A stretch of DNA of 64,000 nt from a virus. Below the pieces are notes generated by a model. It searched no databases, was not told the DNA's origin, and worked only from the letters and a program-made list of their open reading frames with translations. Of the stretch, positions 28,989-38,365 are shown in pieces. The stretch's first letter is position 1. Each line of letters starts with the position of its first letter. Both the position numbers and the translations under genes were made by a program. Location of the stretch: IMG/VR virus record IMGVR_UViG_3300044684_000278, positions 32,001 through 96,000 of that record; one strand, given 5' to 3'.

Positions 28989-29515
28989 GATACGGTTACT
29001 TGATTAAGTTCTTTCCACCGGGCAACGACAGACCTGCCAAGGTCCGTGTCCCACAGGACTGAATAATGAATATTGTCTTTTGCAGTATCCTGGTCTTTCT
29101 TACAGCACGCTTCCCTTCCCTGTTCCGGTTTAAGTCCCAGGTCATGCAGACCACAGAGGTTATCCTCTGTAAGCATGACACATTTTCCACTTGGATTCAG
29201 TGGAGCGTACCTGCCTCCGGTATGTTCGGACTTGTATTTCTTCTCCTCACCGGTTGCCCTGGCAATCATGGAGAGCATCATACTGAACATATCTGCCAGT
29301 TCACTATCTCCAAGACCCATATCTTCCGGGTAAATAGCCATGGTCAGCACATGTATATCATGCTTACCTTCTCCAATACCATGGTAGACATCACGCTGGA
29401 TGAGTCCTGCATATCCGGCATCCAGAAGCTTTGAAAATTCTTCCGGAGTACCCCAGCAGGGACGTTTATAACACATAGCTACTCCCTTAGAGCAGCCCGT
29501 ACAGGTAACTCCCAT
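28985..29515 (-). CDS. YkgJ-like Cys-cluster protein
   Basis: CTGC...C..PC; C.ML...LC..H..KP pattern. Confidence 0.6.
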   Translation of the reverse strand: MGVTCTGCSKGVAMCYKRPCWGTPEEFSKLLDAGYAGLIQRDVYHGIGEGKHDIHVLTMAIYPEDMGLGDSELADMFSMMLSMIARATGEEKKYKSEHTGGRYAPLNPSGKCVMLTEDNLCGLHDLGLKPEQGREACCKKDQDTAKDNIHYSVLWDTDLGRSVVARWKELNQVTVS

Positions 29516-29559
29516 TACATTTAATAAGTTTAACGGTAAGACTTACAAACCTGTGAGGT

Positions 29560-29820
29560 TTACTTCAGTATCACAGTGACACTGGTAGACCTCTGGTCCA
29601 ATTGTGATCGGGTTATGATACCGGCTGCTTTCAATTCCTTCAGCCAGCGTTTAATGGTTGAATGACCCGCATTCAGCTCATCAGATAGACGGTTGATACC
29701 TGGATTACAGGTGTTGGTGACGCTGTCTTTGTAACAGCATAATAGTGCATAGAGGCTTTTTGCTCCTGGAGACAAGGAAGGATCAGCCAATACTTCTTTA
29801 CTGACCTTGCCAAAACCCAT
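29560..29820 (-). CDS. Winged HTH protein (HTH_36-like)
   Basis: LSPGAKSLYALL, CNPGINRLS, TIKRWLKELKAAGII. Confidence 0.75.
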   Translation of the reverse strand: MGFGKVSKEVLADPSLSPGAKSLYALLCCYKDSVTNTCNPGINRLSDELNAGHSTIKRWLKELKAAGIITRSQLDQRSTSVTVILK

Positions 29821-29844
29821 AAAAGTGTGATTAAAATGGGTGAC

Positions 29845-30471
29845 CTATTGATCACCCATGTCTGGATCTTTTCCAAAAAGTTTTCCCAGCAGCTCATTGA
29901 GGTTGCCTTTGACACCGGACTTCTTCATACCCTGAATTTCAGAATCAATCTGGTCCATTTTGTCTTTGGGGCAAACCTTTTCTATGAACTTATCCCAGGT
30001 AAAATTGCTGTCCTTGATAGCTCTGATGGCCATTTGGATAGGAGCATACCGTGTTTTGGTAAACATATCCTCAATAACCATTCTCAGCCCTCTGACGAAT
30101 TTATCCTGAGCATCCTCTTCCTTCTTGTCTCCCTCGGGCTTCTTTTCGGATTTTTTGTTCTCCATTGCCTCAAGCTCTTCATAGAGCCCCAGCACTTCTG
30201 AACGGACATCCCTGAAGATCAATAGACAATAGGTCTGCTCTTCCGGGGTTCTCAGATGAGAAAAGGCCAGGTCAAGAGTGCCTGTTGCAGTGGTCAGCTC
30301 ATCCGGAGCCTCATCCGGGCTGTCATACAGGTCTTTAACCAGCATCCTGGCGGACAATGCCTCAAACAGGATGGCATTACTCACAAAGTTTCTCTGATAG
30401 AAAGAGAGACCCAGGGAATCTTCCCAGTTCTCTGCTTTGTGGTTCAATTTGGGTAGGATTAGCTTTTGCAT
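29845..30471 (-). CDS. Hypothetical protein
   Basis: 208-aa ORF. Confidence 0.65.
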   Translation of the reverse strand: MQKLILPKLNHKAENWEDSLGLSFYQRNFVSNAILFEALSARMLVKDLYDSPDEAPDELTTATGTLDLAFSHLRTPEEQTYCLLIFRDVRSEVLGLYEELEAMENKKSEKKPEGDKKEEDAQDKFVRGLRMVIEDMFTKTRYAPIQMAIRAIKDSNFTWDKFIEKVCPKDKMDQIDSEIQGMKKSGVKGNLNELLGKLFGKDPDMGDQ

Positions 30472-30505
30472 TTCTTTTAAAGATTGGGTAAAAATAATAA
30501 GATTC

Positions 30506-30562
30506 TGTAGAATACCAAAAAACTTCTACAGTTTAAACCTAAAAAATGTAGAGTGGTCTACA
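30506..30562. promoter_or_regulatory. Operator-like cluster of four TGTAGA/TCTACA boxes
   Basis: 30506, 30525, 30547, 30557, forming inverted pairs. Confidence 0.55.
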
Positions 30563-30568
30563 AAATGG

Positions 30569-30904
30569 TCATTTCAGCTTTTCAGCTAATTGGTCAAGTG
30601 CTTTTTCCAGGTCTTCCATGGAAGGTGGATTCTCATAGTAGGACAGCTCATAGAGTCCTTTTTTCTCACTTATGTAGTAGCTGCAATAATCGTTGGTATC
30701 ATCCCATTTAACTAAGGCTACGTCAGTATTAATTTGTGTAAGAGTTCCTCTTGGTTTAAAACCGGTATACTTTTCTTCCCAGAGGCCACCTTTTCTTTTT
30801 CCCCAGTCAGGGCCGGGCATGACACGTAATCCGACCTTTGCGTTCAACGGGGTAATGGGTTCTCCGTGATATATTACCTTGTCACAGGATTTAGGAAAGT
30901 ACAT
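30569..30904 (-). CDS. MIB/HERC2-like head + family C-terminal helix
   Basis: VGLRVMPGPDW...VKWD...Y; tail MEDLEKALDQLAEKLK. Confidence 0.75.
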   Translation of the reverse strand: MYFPKSCDKVIYHGEPITPLNAKVGLRVMPGPDWGKRKGGLWEEKYTGFKPRGTLTQINTDVALVKWDDTNDYCSYYISEKKGLYELSYYENPPSMEDLEKALDQLAEKLK

Positions 30905-31205
30905 ATAAACTCCTTTCAAATTTTTCTTCCAATTTATCAAGGGCTTCTGTGAATTCATCCAGGGATGGCATATCCTCAACATAATACAGGTCATAAGAAT
31001 CCTTAGCTCCTGCACGGTAATCATTATCTATACAGTTATCTTCCCATTCTACAGTGACCCAACCAATAGATCCATACCTTTCCAACTCTACCAGCTTACC
31101 TATACCGGTTTTATCACCATCCTGGTCGCCCCATTCCCAGTCTTTACCCCGTTTTACACGAGCTCCTTTTTTATAGTTTTCAACTGTTACCGGTATCTCC
31201 ATCAT
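30891..31205 (-). CDS. MIB/HERC2 domain + family C-terminal helix
   Basis: GARVKRGKDWEWGDQDG...GWVTVEW...YRAGAKDSYDL is the Mib_Herc2 signature; tail LDEFTEALDKLEEKF. Confidence 0.82.
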   Translation of the reverse strand: MMEIPVTVENYKKGARVKRGKDWEWGDQDGDKTGIGKLVELERYGSIGWVTVEWEDNCIDNDYRAGAKDSYDLYYVEDMPSLDEFTEALDKLEEKFERSLYVLS

Positions 31206-31497
31206 TCCTCCTTTTCAGCTGGGAAGCAAGCCTGTTCAGAGCAGCTTCAATATCCTTAAACTCTACTTCGGGGTAGATCAGAGGAATCTTTCCAGACTTT
31301 ATCTGGTACCCTGGCCATATCCCTTTGGCAAGCTGTGGAAATCCTTTCCATTTTACCTGGATGATTTCTGAGTACTTGTGGATCTCTACAATCCTGCCCT
31401 TTTTTACTCCCTTAAACCGGGAATCGTGAGGTCCCCAGTCAGGGCCTGGAATTACTATGTCTCCAATTTTGGCAGTATTAACGTTAACTGGTTTCAT
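31180..31497 (-). CDS. MIB/HERC2-like head + family C-terminal helix
   Basis: IGDIVIPGPDW...VKW; tail FKDIEAALNRLASQLK. Confidence 0.72.
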   Translation of the reverse strand: MKPVNVNTAKIGDIVIPGPDWGPHDSRFKGVKKGRIVEIHKYSEIIQVKWKGFPQLAKGIWPGYQIKSGKIPLIYPEVEFKDIEAALNRLASQLKRRNDGDTGNS

Positions 31498-31798
31498 GAT
31501 TTATCCTTTCTTGCTTTTCAATGAGTTTCTCCACTTCCTGGAATAAGGTTGTTAAATCCTCTGTAGTTGAATCATAGACTGCCAGTTCGTATTTTCCCGC
31601 CGCTCCAATTCGGTAAGAATAGTTGAATCCTCCTGGTTTCCACCTCACATCAGCATACCATCCGGCAATGTCATCACATACTTCGGTAATAATACCATAC
31701 TGACTAACACCAACGTGATGATTCTCCGAATGATTCCAATCAGGGCCTTTGCAGACTTTCATGCCTACAAAAGCATTTTCATGCGTCACCTTTTCCAT
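31484..31798 (-). CDS. MIB/HERC2-like head + divergent C-terminal helix
   Basis: VGMKVCKGPDW...VRW...YRIGAAGKYEL; tail LTTLFQEVEKLIEK. Confidence 0.75.
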   Translation of the reverse strand: MEKVTHENAFVGMKVCKGPDWNHSENHHVGVSQYGIITEVCDDIAGWYADVRWKPGGFNYSYRIGAAGKYELAVYDSTTEDLTTLFQEVEKLIEKQERINHETS

Positions 31799-32400
31799 AG
31801 AACTTTACTCATCAGATACAGTGTTTCTATAAATATCCTGGGGATACTCAGCAGGAACTTCTTGATCTTCCTGGGAAGACGTAGCAGCCAGGCTATCAGG
31901 TTACCATGCTTTTTACCCAGCATGATGTCTGCCTGGATCTGGTCCAGTCCATCCATGATCTGCTCAATGGTCTCCTGTTTCTTCTCCACTGTAGATTCAG
32001 ATACATCTTCTGCCGGAAGGGTAGCACCTGTGTAAACAGGTTTTGAGAAAGAGGAAGATTTACCATGTGCAGCCAGGAAGTTATCTTTGTATTCCTGCCA
32101 TTGGTCCACGGTTGGGAATCCTTTTCCAGGAGAAAGTTCCTGTTCATAAACATGCCTTAAATCATGCCGTGAACTGAGTCCTGTTCTATATTTAGCTGAC
32201 TTTCCATTATCCCATTCTACTTCACAGTACAAGCCGTTCTTAAACACAATAACAATAGTCCCCATGGTTCCGGGAAGCATCTCATATATAGTAAAGGGAA
32301 AGTCAAAAGTGGTATCCCTGCACCAATCGGGACCACCCGCCATTACTCTTAGTCCGACCCTTACTTCATCATAGCGTACAGGATCTCCTGGTTTTAACAT
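31786..32400 (-). CDS. MIB/HERC2-like head, linker, family helix and extra tail
   Basis: VGLRVMAGGPDW...VEWDNG...YRTG...DL; IEQIMDGLDQI. Confidence 0.72.
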   Translation of the reverse strand: MLKPGDPVRYDEVRVGLRVMAGGPDWCRDTTFDFPFTIYEMLPGTMGTIVIVFKNGLYCEVEWDNGKSAKYRTGLSSRHDLRHVYEQELSPGKGFPTVDQWQEYKDNFLAAHGKSSSFSKPVYTGATLPAEDVSESTVEKKQETIEQIMDGLDQIQADIMLGKKHGNLIAWLLRLPRKIKKFLLSIPRIFIETLYLMSKVLWKR

Positions 32401-32726
32401 TGGTTTCCTCCTTTCTGATCTGCCACTTTAAGCAGGAGCAGATCCAGATTAAAATAGATTTGTTCAATAACAGGGAGCTGCTTCACCAGATTCCTGGGAA
32501 GTTCTTTGATGGATACCTTGAAGTACTTATTCTTCCTGTTATTCTTACAGCCCCAGGCATACTTGATTTCTTCAAACCTGAGTTTTTTGTTGTGTGTGAT
32601 CTCTTTAACTGTCAGCACCTGTCCCGGCTTTACCCAGGACTGCTCACAGTCATTTAGTATTTTGATTTTGCAGCCTATAAGGGACTGGCTGATTTCAGGA
32701 TGGATAAGATCTTCATAAGTAGCCAT
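32394..32726 (-). CDS. Conserved C-terminal helix family member
   Basis: Tail PVIEQIYFNLDLLLLKV; paralog of 32729-33037. Confidence 0.65.
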   Translation of the reverse strand: MATYEDLIHPEISQSLIGCKIKILNDCEQSWVKPGQVLTVKEITHNKKLRFEEIKYAWGCKNNRKNKYFKVSIKELPRNLVKQLPVIEQIYFNLDLLLLKVADQKGGNQC

Positions 32727-32728
32727 AT

Positions 32729-33037
32729 TTAACTCAGTTTATCTTCCAGCCGCTCCAGATGAAGTAGTATATCATCCATCAGCGGTGAGAGTGCTTTATC
32801 AATATGTTTTAACTCATAGATCATCTCCTGACCTTCCAGTACCTGGAATAATTTTCTACTGGAGTTATTGGCACATGACCAGTAGCGGCCTCCCATTTCC
32901 TTGATACCAAGGTTCTTTGACCGGTATGAGGAAACCGTATAGATCTGTCCGTTCTTCAGGTGATTAAACCCGTTGTTGTTCACGATCAGGATCTGTTTGC
33001 CTACCAATTCTCTGCAGGCATCAGGGAAATAGCTCAT
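32729..33037 (-). CDS. Conserved C-terminal helix family member
   Basis: Tail PLMDDILLHLERLEDKLS. Confidence 0.68.
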   Translation of the reverse strand: MSYFPDACRELVGKQILIVNNNGFNHLKNGQIYTVSSYRSKNLGIKEMGGRYWSCANNSSRKLFQVLEGQEMIYELKHIDKALSPLMDDILLHLERLEDKLS

Positions 33038-33348
33038 GGTGATTGAATTTGTAATTTGTTTTCCAGTTTGTCCAGGGCTTTCATAATCAGTTCAATATCA
33101 GCATGAAGAGAAAGAGCATGTTCTGCTATGATTACCATAGATGCATTAGGTCTTATCGCAAGTCCATAGTACCATTCATTACGGTCTTCATGCCAGTATG
33201 TTGCCATCACCTGATAAACCCTGTTAGCTACCCCGTTCACTGCTGCATATCTGTTTGTACTGGGATAATAATATCCAAAGCCGTTACAGCCATCTTTTTT
33301 GCAAGCCCTGACTTTGTCCAGGGGCTTGAATTTGGGTTCTGGTCTCAT
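33034..33348 (-). CDS. Conserved C-terminal helix family member
   Basis: PKFKPLDKV head; tail IELIMKALDKLENKLQ. Confidence 0.72.
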   Translation of the reverse strand: MRPEPKFKPLDKVRACKKDGCNGFGYYYPSTNRYAAVNGVANRVYQVMATYWHEDRNEWYYGLAIRPNASMVIIAEHALSLHADIELIMKALDKLENKLQIQSP

Positions 33349-33444
33349 AAAACCTAATAAAATGGTAAAGCATGACAGACCAAACCTGGAGAGGAGTAAG
33401 CATTACTGCCCCTGTGTCTCCATTAAGCCTGCCATGCTTATGTC

Positions 33445-33861
33445 CTACTTAATCCACAGTTGCCCTTCAACCTGTTTTTCATTAGGTTCATTGGCAGCCT
33501 TGCGTGATTTCTCTTTCATGGCCTCCAGTTTCCGGTTGATCAGATACTTGGCCACCGGTTCATAGGCACGTAAGAGCACATAGTGAACCAGCCCCTGGAT
33601 AGAGCACATTATAAAGGCCGTAAACAGAAAGTTATACAGCCAGTAGTGTGATACTACCACCACAGGGAGATCGCTCGTCAGAAGCAGGATAAACACGCAC
33701 CAGTGCCCAAAGCACCACGGGCAGTGAATCAGGTCTTCAATCTTTGTATGAAACTTGCTGATCCACTCACGGAATGGTTTGAAAATACCGGTGGATGTGA
33801 CGGTGAAGGAAACAGAGGCACAGCATAGTGCCCCCATTACCAGGAATAGGAATTCTTTCAT
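33445..33861 (-). CDS. DUF1360-like membrane protein
   Basis: IFKPFREW...LIHCPWCFGHW with TM helices. Confidence 0.7.
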   Translation of the reverse strand: MKEFLFLVMGALCCASVSFTVTSTGIFKPFREWISKFHTKIEDLIHCPWCFGHWCVFILLLTSDLPVVVVSHYWLYNFLFTAFIMCSIQGLVHYVLLRAYEPVAKYLINRKLEAMKEKSRKAANEPNEKQVEGQLWIK

Positions 33862-33862
33862 A

Positions 33863-34165
33863 TTATAATACCTCATCAGCTTCTTCAAGCCCGTCTTCCG
33901 AAATCCGGTCACCATCCTGCAGGTCCGAGTCTTCAGGCACTTCCCTTAAGATCTCAAAGTCTGCTCCCCCACACCCACAGCCTGAGTACACCACCAGCCT
34001 TACCTTGCGGGTCTTTGGCATATAAGCTCCCAGAATGTCCTCTATACTCACCTCTTCTGCCTTTTTGATCACAGGAGCTTTTTCCTGTTCCTTGTGGAAC
34101 TCTTCTCTCAGTTGGGCCAGGTTGTCCTTCTCCTGACCGGCTTTACGGTTTTTAAGCTTTTGCAT
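33863..34165 (-). CDS. Small protein with CGCGG motif
   Basis: ORF overlapping the end of the ATPase gene. Confidence 0.6.
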   Translation of the reverse strand: MQKLKNRKAGQEKDNLAQLREEFHKEQEKAPVIKKAEEVSIEDILGAYMPKTRKVRLVVYSGCGCGGADFEILREVPEDSDLQDGDRISEDGLEEADEVL

Positions 34166-35321
34166 AACTTGAGTTTATTAATTTGATTGATTCTTCCAGG
34201 TCTGCTGCAGTAACTCCCTTAGGAGTTTTCTTGGTAGTAGTCATCCTGGTCAGGGCTTTGCGTACAGCACCTTTGGCAATGGCTTCCACCATAGCTCCCG
34301 ATACTTTACTCTTACAGGGAAGACTAAATAACATATCAGCTCCTTTGATGGCCAGGTCTTCTACCTTGTCATGGCATTTTACCTTCTTAAGGTGGATCTC
34401 AAAGATCTCCTTGGTATCCGGATGATCCGGACGGTTGATGCCAATCTTCAAGTCTATCCTTCCTTCCCGGACAATAGCCTCATCCAGCGCATTAGGGAGA
34501 TTAGTGGCCAAAATGAAAATCGGGTTGTGCTCTTTTTCCAGTCCGTCCATTTCTGAAAGGAACGTAGGCACAATGGTCATCTCCACGTCTGATGATTTAC
34601 CGCTGCCTCTCTGACGGAGCAGGGCTTCTGCTTCATCCATGAAAACAACAGCACGCTGGCCGGTCTTTTTACAGTACTGGCGGGTAGCATGAAACATGTG
34701 GGCTACTTTCTGCTCTGCCTCACCTACGAACTTGCTCAGCATCTCTGCCCCTTTTACGTAAACAAAGGCTGCGGGATCCACTTTTGTGGAACCAAGGATC
34801 GTAGAGGCAATGGCTTTACCGATCAGGGTCTTGCCACATCCCGGAGGACCATAGAGTACCAGGCCGGGAAAATCTCCCAGACCCATCTCTTTTGCCAGCT
34901 CCTGGTGTTTCAGGGGCAGCTCAATGGCTTCACGGATGTTGCTTAACTGTGATTTAAGTCCACCGATCTCATTCCAGTCAATCAGGTTGAAATGAGGAAT
35001 GTCAGTTACTTTCTCCAGCTCTTTGGGAACCACGGCAATGATGGCGGATCCAATACAGATCACCTCTGTTCCCGGCTCAAGAATTTGGGTAATAGGGTCT
35101 CCGAAGATAGGCTCTTCATTCAGGAACATAACCGTTCCGTTTACCCGGTAATACTGGGCATTGTTATGAACAAAAGGGCCAGCTACAATGGTGTGTACTT
35201 CTTTTTTCTCACCAAGGAACTGCTCCAGCATCTGCTCATATTTATCAACCTGCTCTCTGAGGGCTGATAATTCGTCTGTTGGGGCTACGGGAGCCTCAAA
35301 TGTTGCTTCTTCCTGAAACAT
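34152..35321 (-). CDS. ARC/Mpa/PAN-like proteasomal-type AAA+ ATPase
   Basis: N-terminal coiled coil, OB-like LEPGTEV, IGGL, GPPGCGKT, pore loop KFVG, DEAEALLRQRGSGKSSDVEMTIVPTFLSEMDG, REGRID; likely start MFQEE. Confidence 0.82.
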   Translation of the reverse strand: MFQEEATFEAPVAPTDELSALREQVDKYEQMLEQFLGEKKEVHTIVAGPFVHNNAQYYRVNGTVMFLNEEPIFGDPITQILEPGTEVICIGSAIIAVVPKELEKVTDIPHFNLIDWNEIGGLKSQLSNIREAIELPLKHQELAKEMGLGDFPGLVLYGPPGCGKTLIGKAIASTILGSTKVDPAAFVYVKGAEMLSKFVGEAEQKVAHMFHATRQYCKKTGQRAVVFMDEAEALLRQRGSGKSSDVEMTIVPTFLSEMDGLEKEHNPIFILATNLPNALDEAIVREGRIDLKIGINRPDHPDTKEIFEIHLKKVKCHDKVEDLAIKGADMLFSLPCKSKVSGAMVEAIAKGAVRKALTRMTTTKKTPKGVTAADLEESIKLINSSYAKA

Positions 35322-35549
35322 GTTAAAGTAGGATTTATGAGTAAATAATTGTTGATGGATTAAAAAGGCCAGGACAGGAATATCCCAGGCCGTCTTACTA
35401 ACCACATAATGTTTTTGTTACGTTACTACAAAAAAAGCCGAACTTGTAGAGGTTTATTCTACAAATCCGGCTCTAACTTAGAGATATATGAGGAGTGTGG
35501 ACAACCTGAGTTCTCCACAACGTTAAGTGGTGGTGTGGGTCAACTCAGG

Positions 35550-35930
35550 CTAAATCTGCTCTGCAGACCCCTCTTTCTGTGAACAAAGATTGTCTATAAC
35601 TTTTTGAGTTTGCTTGTGCTTATAGTACACAATGGCCCTTCTAAGGGTCAGATCCAGCATATGGTAGAAGTCAAACTCCCCATACTGGATCTCTGCATCA
35701 GTGATCGTAAGCCTGACTGCCGGGTAACTAAGCAGCACATGGATATGCCCCACATGTCCCAGTATTTCATTTACCGTGCATTCAGTGGTGACATACGTAT
35801 CCAGGAAGCATTCCCTTCTCAGGAAATCCTGTGCATGTGTGTACGGGATCCTTTCACGGGGATGTCCGGGATAACCCATGGCTATCAGGTCTTCAGCAAC
35901 GTCAAGTGGTACGAATAGAGGCTTGTTCAT
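35550..35930 (-). CDS. Hypothetical protein
   Basis: 126-aa ORF. Confidence 0.55.
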   Translation of the reverse strand: MNKPLFVPLDVAEDLIAMGYPGHPRERIPYTHAQDFLRRECFLDTYVTTECTVNEILGHVGHIHVLLSYPAVRLTITDAEIQYGEFDFYHMLDLTLRRAIVYYKHKQTQKVIDNLCSQKEGSAEQI

Positions 35931-35947
35931 TTTATAGTGTTTAATTG

Positions 35948-36223
35948 TTAATCTTCCATGGAGTCCAGGAGCTTCTTGGATGGATCATAGGTTTCCTGTT
36001 TGTAAACCTGAAGCATACTGTTTATGAACTCCTCATCCTCAAAATACTCATCACGGCTGGACTCCGAAGTAGTCCGGTGGTATAGACACGGATTGATCTC
36101 CACATTATCATTTTCCAGAGTAGTAGAGATCTTGATGCCATATGGCTTCTCTTCTTCTGTATTGTACTCCTTCTCAACGGTTACCTGGATGTCGGTCCCA
36201 GGGATGGTAACTAATTTTTTCAT
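35948..36223 (-). CDS. Hypothetical acidic protein
   Basis: Likely start MKKLV. Confidence 0.55.
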   Translation of the reverse strand: MKKLVTIPGTDIQVTVEKEYNTEEEKPYGIKISTTLENDNVEINPCLYHRTTSESSRDEYFEDEEFINSMLQVYKQETYDPSKKLLDSMED

Positions 36224-36287
36224 TTCAGACGGTATTAAAAGGGGCTTTGATGTGATCTCAGCCCCCAACAGTTAAACAAGTGGTTGA

Positions 36288-37235
36288 TTATTTTTTGTTG
36301 TCCTGGTTTACAGTAACCTCAGACTTGGCAGCTTCAACAGCTTTAGCCAATTGGCCAGGGAAAGCTTTGATCTGCTCTTTTAGTTCAGCAATCAGTGCTT
36401 CCTGGGTAGAGATGGTACCTTTTAAGTAATCCACATCTTTTTCCAACAAGGCAATCTTAGCATCTTTCTCTGCTTTCAGAGAAGAGATCTTAGAGCCTTC
36501 TGAAGCAAACACTTCAGATTTAGCGGCTTTTACGGCAGCTTCGATCTGAGCCTGTACGTCTTTAGCCTCAGTAGCTTTGAAGTCTTTAAGCGTAGTGTAC
36601 TCTTTAGCGTCCACCAGCACTTTTTCATAAATGGTAGCAATCTTTTCAGCGGCCTTCAGGTTCTCATCCCTTAAAGCAATACCGTTGTCATAACGGGTCT
36701 GCTCCATTTTACGGCTGTGCTCCAAAGCAAGTTTGGCAATTTCCTCACCAGACTTCACACGGGTTTCTTCTACACGGGCATTGGAAGCAGCAATCTTCTC
36801 TTCATTTTCAGCAACGATCTGATCCAGGCGGGCATTGAGGGCATCAATTTTCTCCTGGTTCTCAATCTCTGCTTTCTTCAGGCCGAAGCTCAGGTCATCA
36901 GCAGCTACCTGGGCACGTTTTTCCAGGTCAGCAAATAGTTTTTCCAGGTTAAGGGCTTCAGTACCTTCTTCAGATACAAAATCCAGCTCCATTTTACGCT
37001 TAGCCAGGTCAAACTGGTTTTGTAACTCCTGGAGAGCTTTGGTATGTTCCTGTTCACGTTTAACAGCATTGTCTTTTACGGTCTGGGCCTGACGAGCAAG
37101 GTCCAATAAGGCACGCTCAATCTGAGAAGAGCTTAGTGGGCCGTTCTGATACGCAGCCAGACGTAATTGTAGTTCTGCAGCTAGTTCTACTAATTGTGAT
37201 TTGTTTTTGCTGTTTAATTGTGCTTCTGTAAACAT
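36288..37235 (-). CDS. Long coiled-coil protein
   Basis: A/E/K/L heptad composition over 315 aa. Confidence 0.75.
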   Translation of the reverse strand: MFTEAQLNSKNKSQLVELAAELQLRLAAYQNGPLSSSQIERALLDLARQAQTVKDNAVKREQEHTKALQELQNQFDLAKRKMELDFVSEEGTEALNLEKLFADLEKRAQVAADDLSFGLKKAEIENQEKIDALNARLDQIVAENEEKIAASNARVEETRVKSGEEIAKLALEHSRKMEQTRYDNGIALRDENLKAAEKIATIYEKVLVDAKEYTTLKDFKATEAKDVQAQIEAAVKAAKSEVFASEGSKISSLKAEKDAKIALLEKDVDYLKGTISTQEALIAELKEQIKAFPGQLAKAVEAAKSEVTVNQDNKK

Positions 37236-37273
37236 GATAGTTTTTGATAAATGGATAAATGGATTTGGGTGAA

Positions 37274-37639
37274 TTAACTCTTTTGAGCTCTAAGCTCTTT
37301 TAGTGTGACCTGCTGCACTCCGCATTGGAATGCTTCCTGGGACGTAGGTGGCCCGAGCTGTGATATTTTACCAAAAATGGGATGCTCACAATCAAACACC
37401 TGCTCGATCTGGGTACGGATTTCATTGCTGTAGTAGCCTGCCCAATAAGCCAGGTTAGATTTGGCTGCCTTCATGCCTTCCTGGTAGTCTTGAATGGTTC
37501 CTTTCAAACGGGAAGCTTTGATGATGACTGTAGCATAGTCAATCAGGAATCGTTCTGCTTCTTCTGGGTCTGTAATCATACAGGCAGCTCCCATGATCTG
37601 ATCCGTGGTGGAATTGCTGTCAAAATCAAATTTTCTCAT
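37274..37639 (-). CDS. Hypothetical protein
   Basis: NLAYWAGYY...HPIFG. Confidence 0.6.
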   Translation of the reverse strand: MRKFDFDSNSTTDQIMGAACMITDPEEAERFLIDYATVIIKASRLKGTIQDYQEGMKAAKSNLAYWAGYYSNEIRTQIEQVFDCEHPIFGKISQLGPPTSQEAFQCGVQQVTLKELRAQKS

Positions 37640-37730
37640 AGTCCGGATAGTAGGGTAATAAGTGCGTCCAGTCCTACTATGGCTGCTAAAGCCAGGAAGT
37701 AGAACAGGTAATGGTATTTTCTAACGGTTT

Positions 37731-38015
37731 TCATAACCATTTGGGTGGTTTGGGCTGTCTATACTCTATCCACTCTTTAATGAACATAAAGGGCATCATG
37801 ATGATTACGCCTGCAATCAATACCCAGGAAAAAGCGGATATGACTAAGTTTTCCTTAACATCCTCCCAGGAGTAGAAAGAGCCTCTCTCATCTCTGCTTT
37901 TTGCACGTACAAAAAAGTACACAATAGCAACTCCCAACAGGTAGATAAGGACATAGAACCACCAGTGATGATGTGTCACTGGTGGTGTCTGGTTAATTAC
38001 TTTCACAAGCTTCAT
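37731..38015 (-). CDS. Small membrane protein
   Basis: Two TM segments. Confidence 0.55.
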   Translation of the reverse strand: MKLVKVINQTPPVTHHHWWFYVLIYLLGVAIVYFFVRAKSRDERGSFYSWEDVKENLVISAFSWVLIAGVIIMMPFMFIKEWIEYRQPKPPKWL

Positions 38016-38017
38016 GA

Positions 38018-38365
38018 TTATTTGCCTGCGTAATATTGTTCACGGGTAATAGTAGTGATGGCATATCCTTCCAGGTGTTTTTGCACCATGTCTTCAGGAC
38101 CCCACCAGCATTCACAGCCCCATACATCCTCACCGCTGTCCAGGGTGATTTTAGGATTCTTGATCCCGTTCTCATGAAGCATTCCCATCATGGGATTACG
38201 CTCATCTGCAGGAGGAACCTCTTCTCCCTGGTAGATGCCAAAGCCAAACAAAGTGGCTGTTTTGTCTTTCTGGTTCGTGCTGACTATTGCACCGGCACGG
38301 TCACCAACATTTAATCTTGCCATTTCTTCAATCAGTTGTTTCTGTGACTTTTCCCAATAGAGCAT
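38018..38365 (-). CDS. Hypothetical protein
   Basis: NPKITLDSG..WGCECWWG. Confidence 0.6.
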   Translation of the reverse strand: MLYWEKSQKQLIEEMARLNVGDRAGAIVSTNQKDKTATLFGFGIYQGEEVPPADERNPMMGMLHENGIKNPKITLDSGEDVWGCECWWGPEDMVQKHLEGYAITTITREQYYAGK

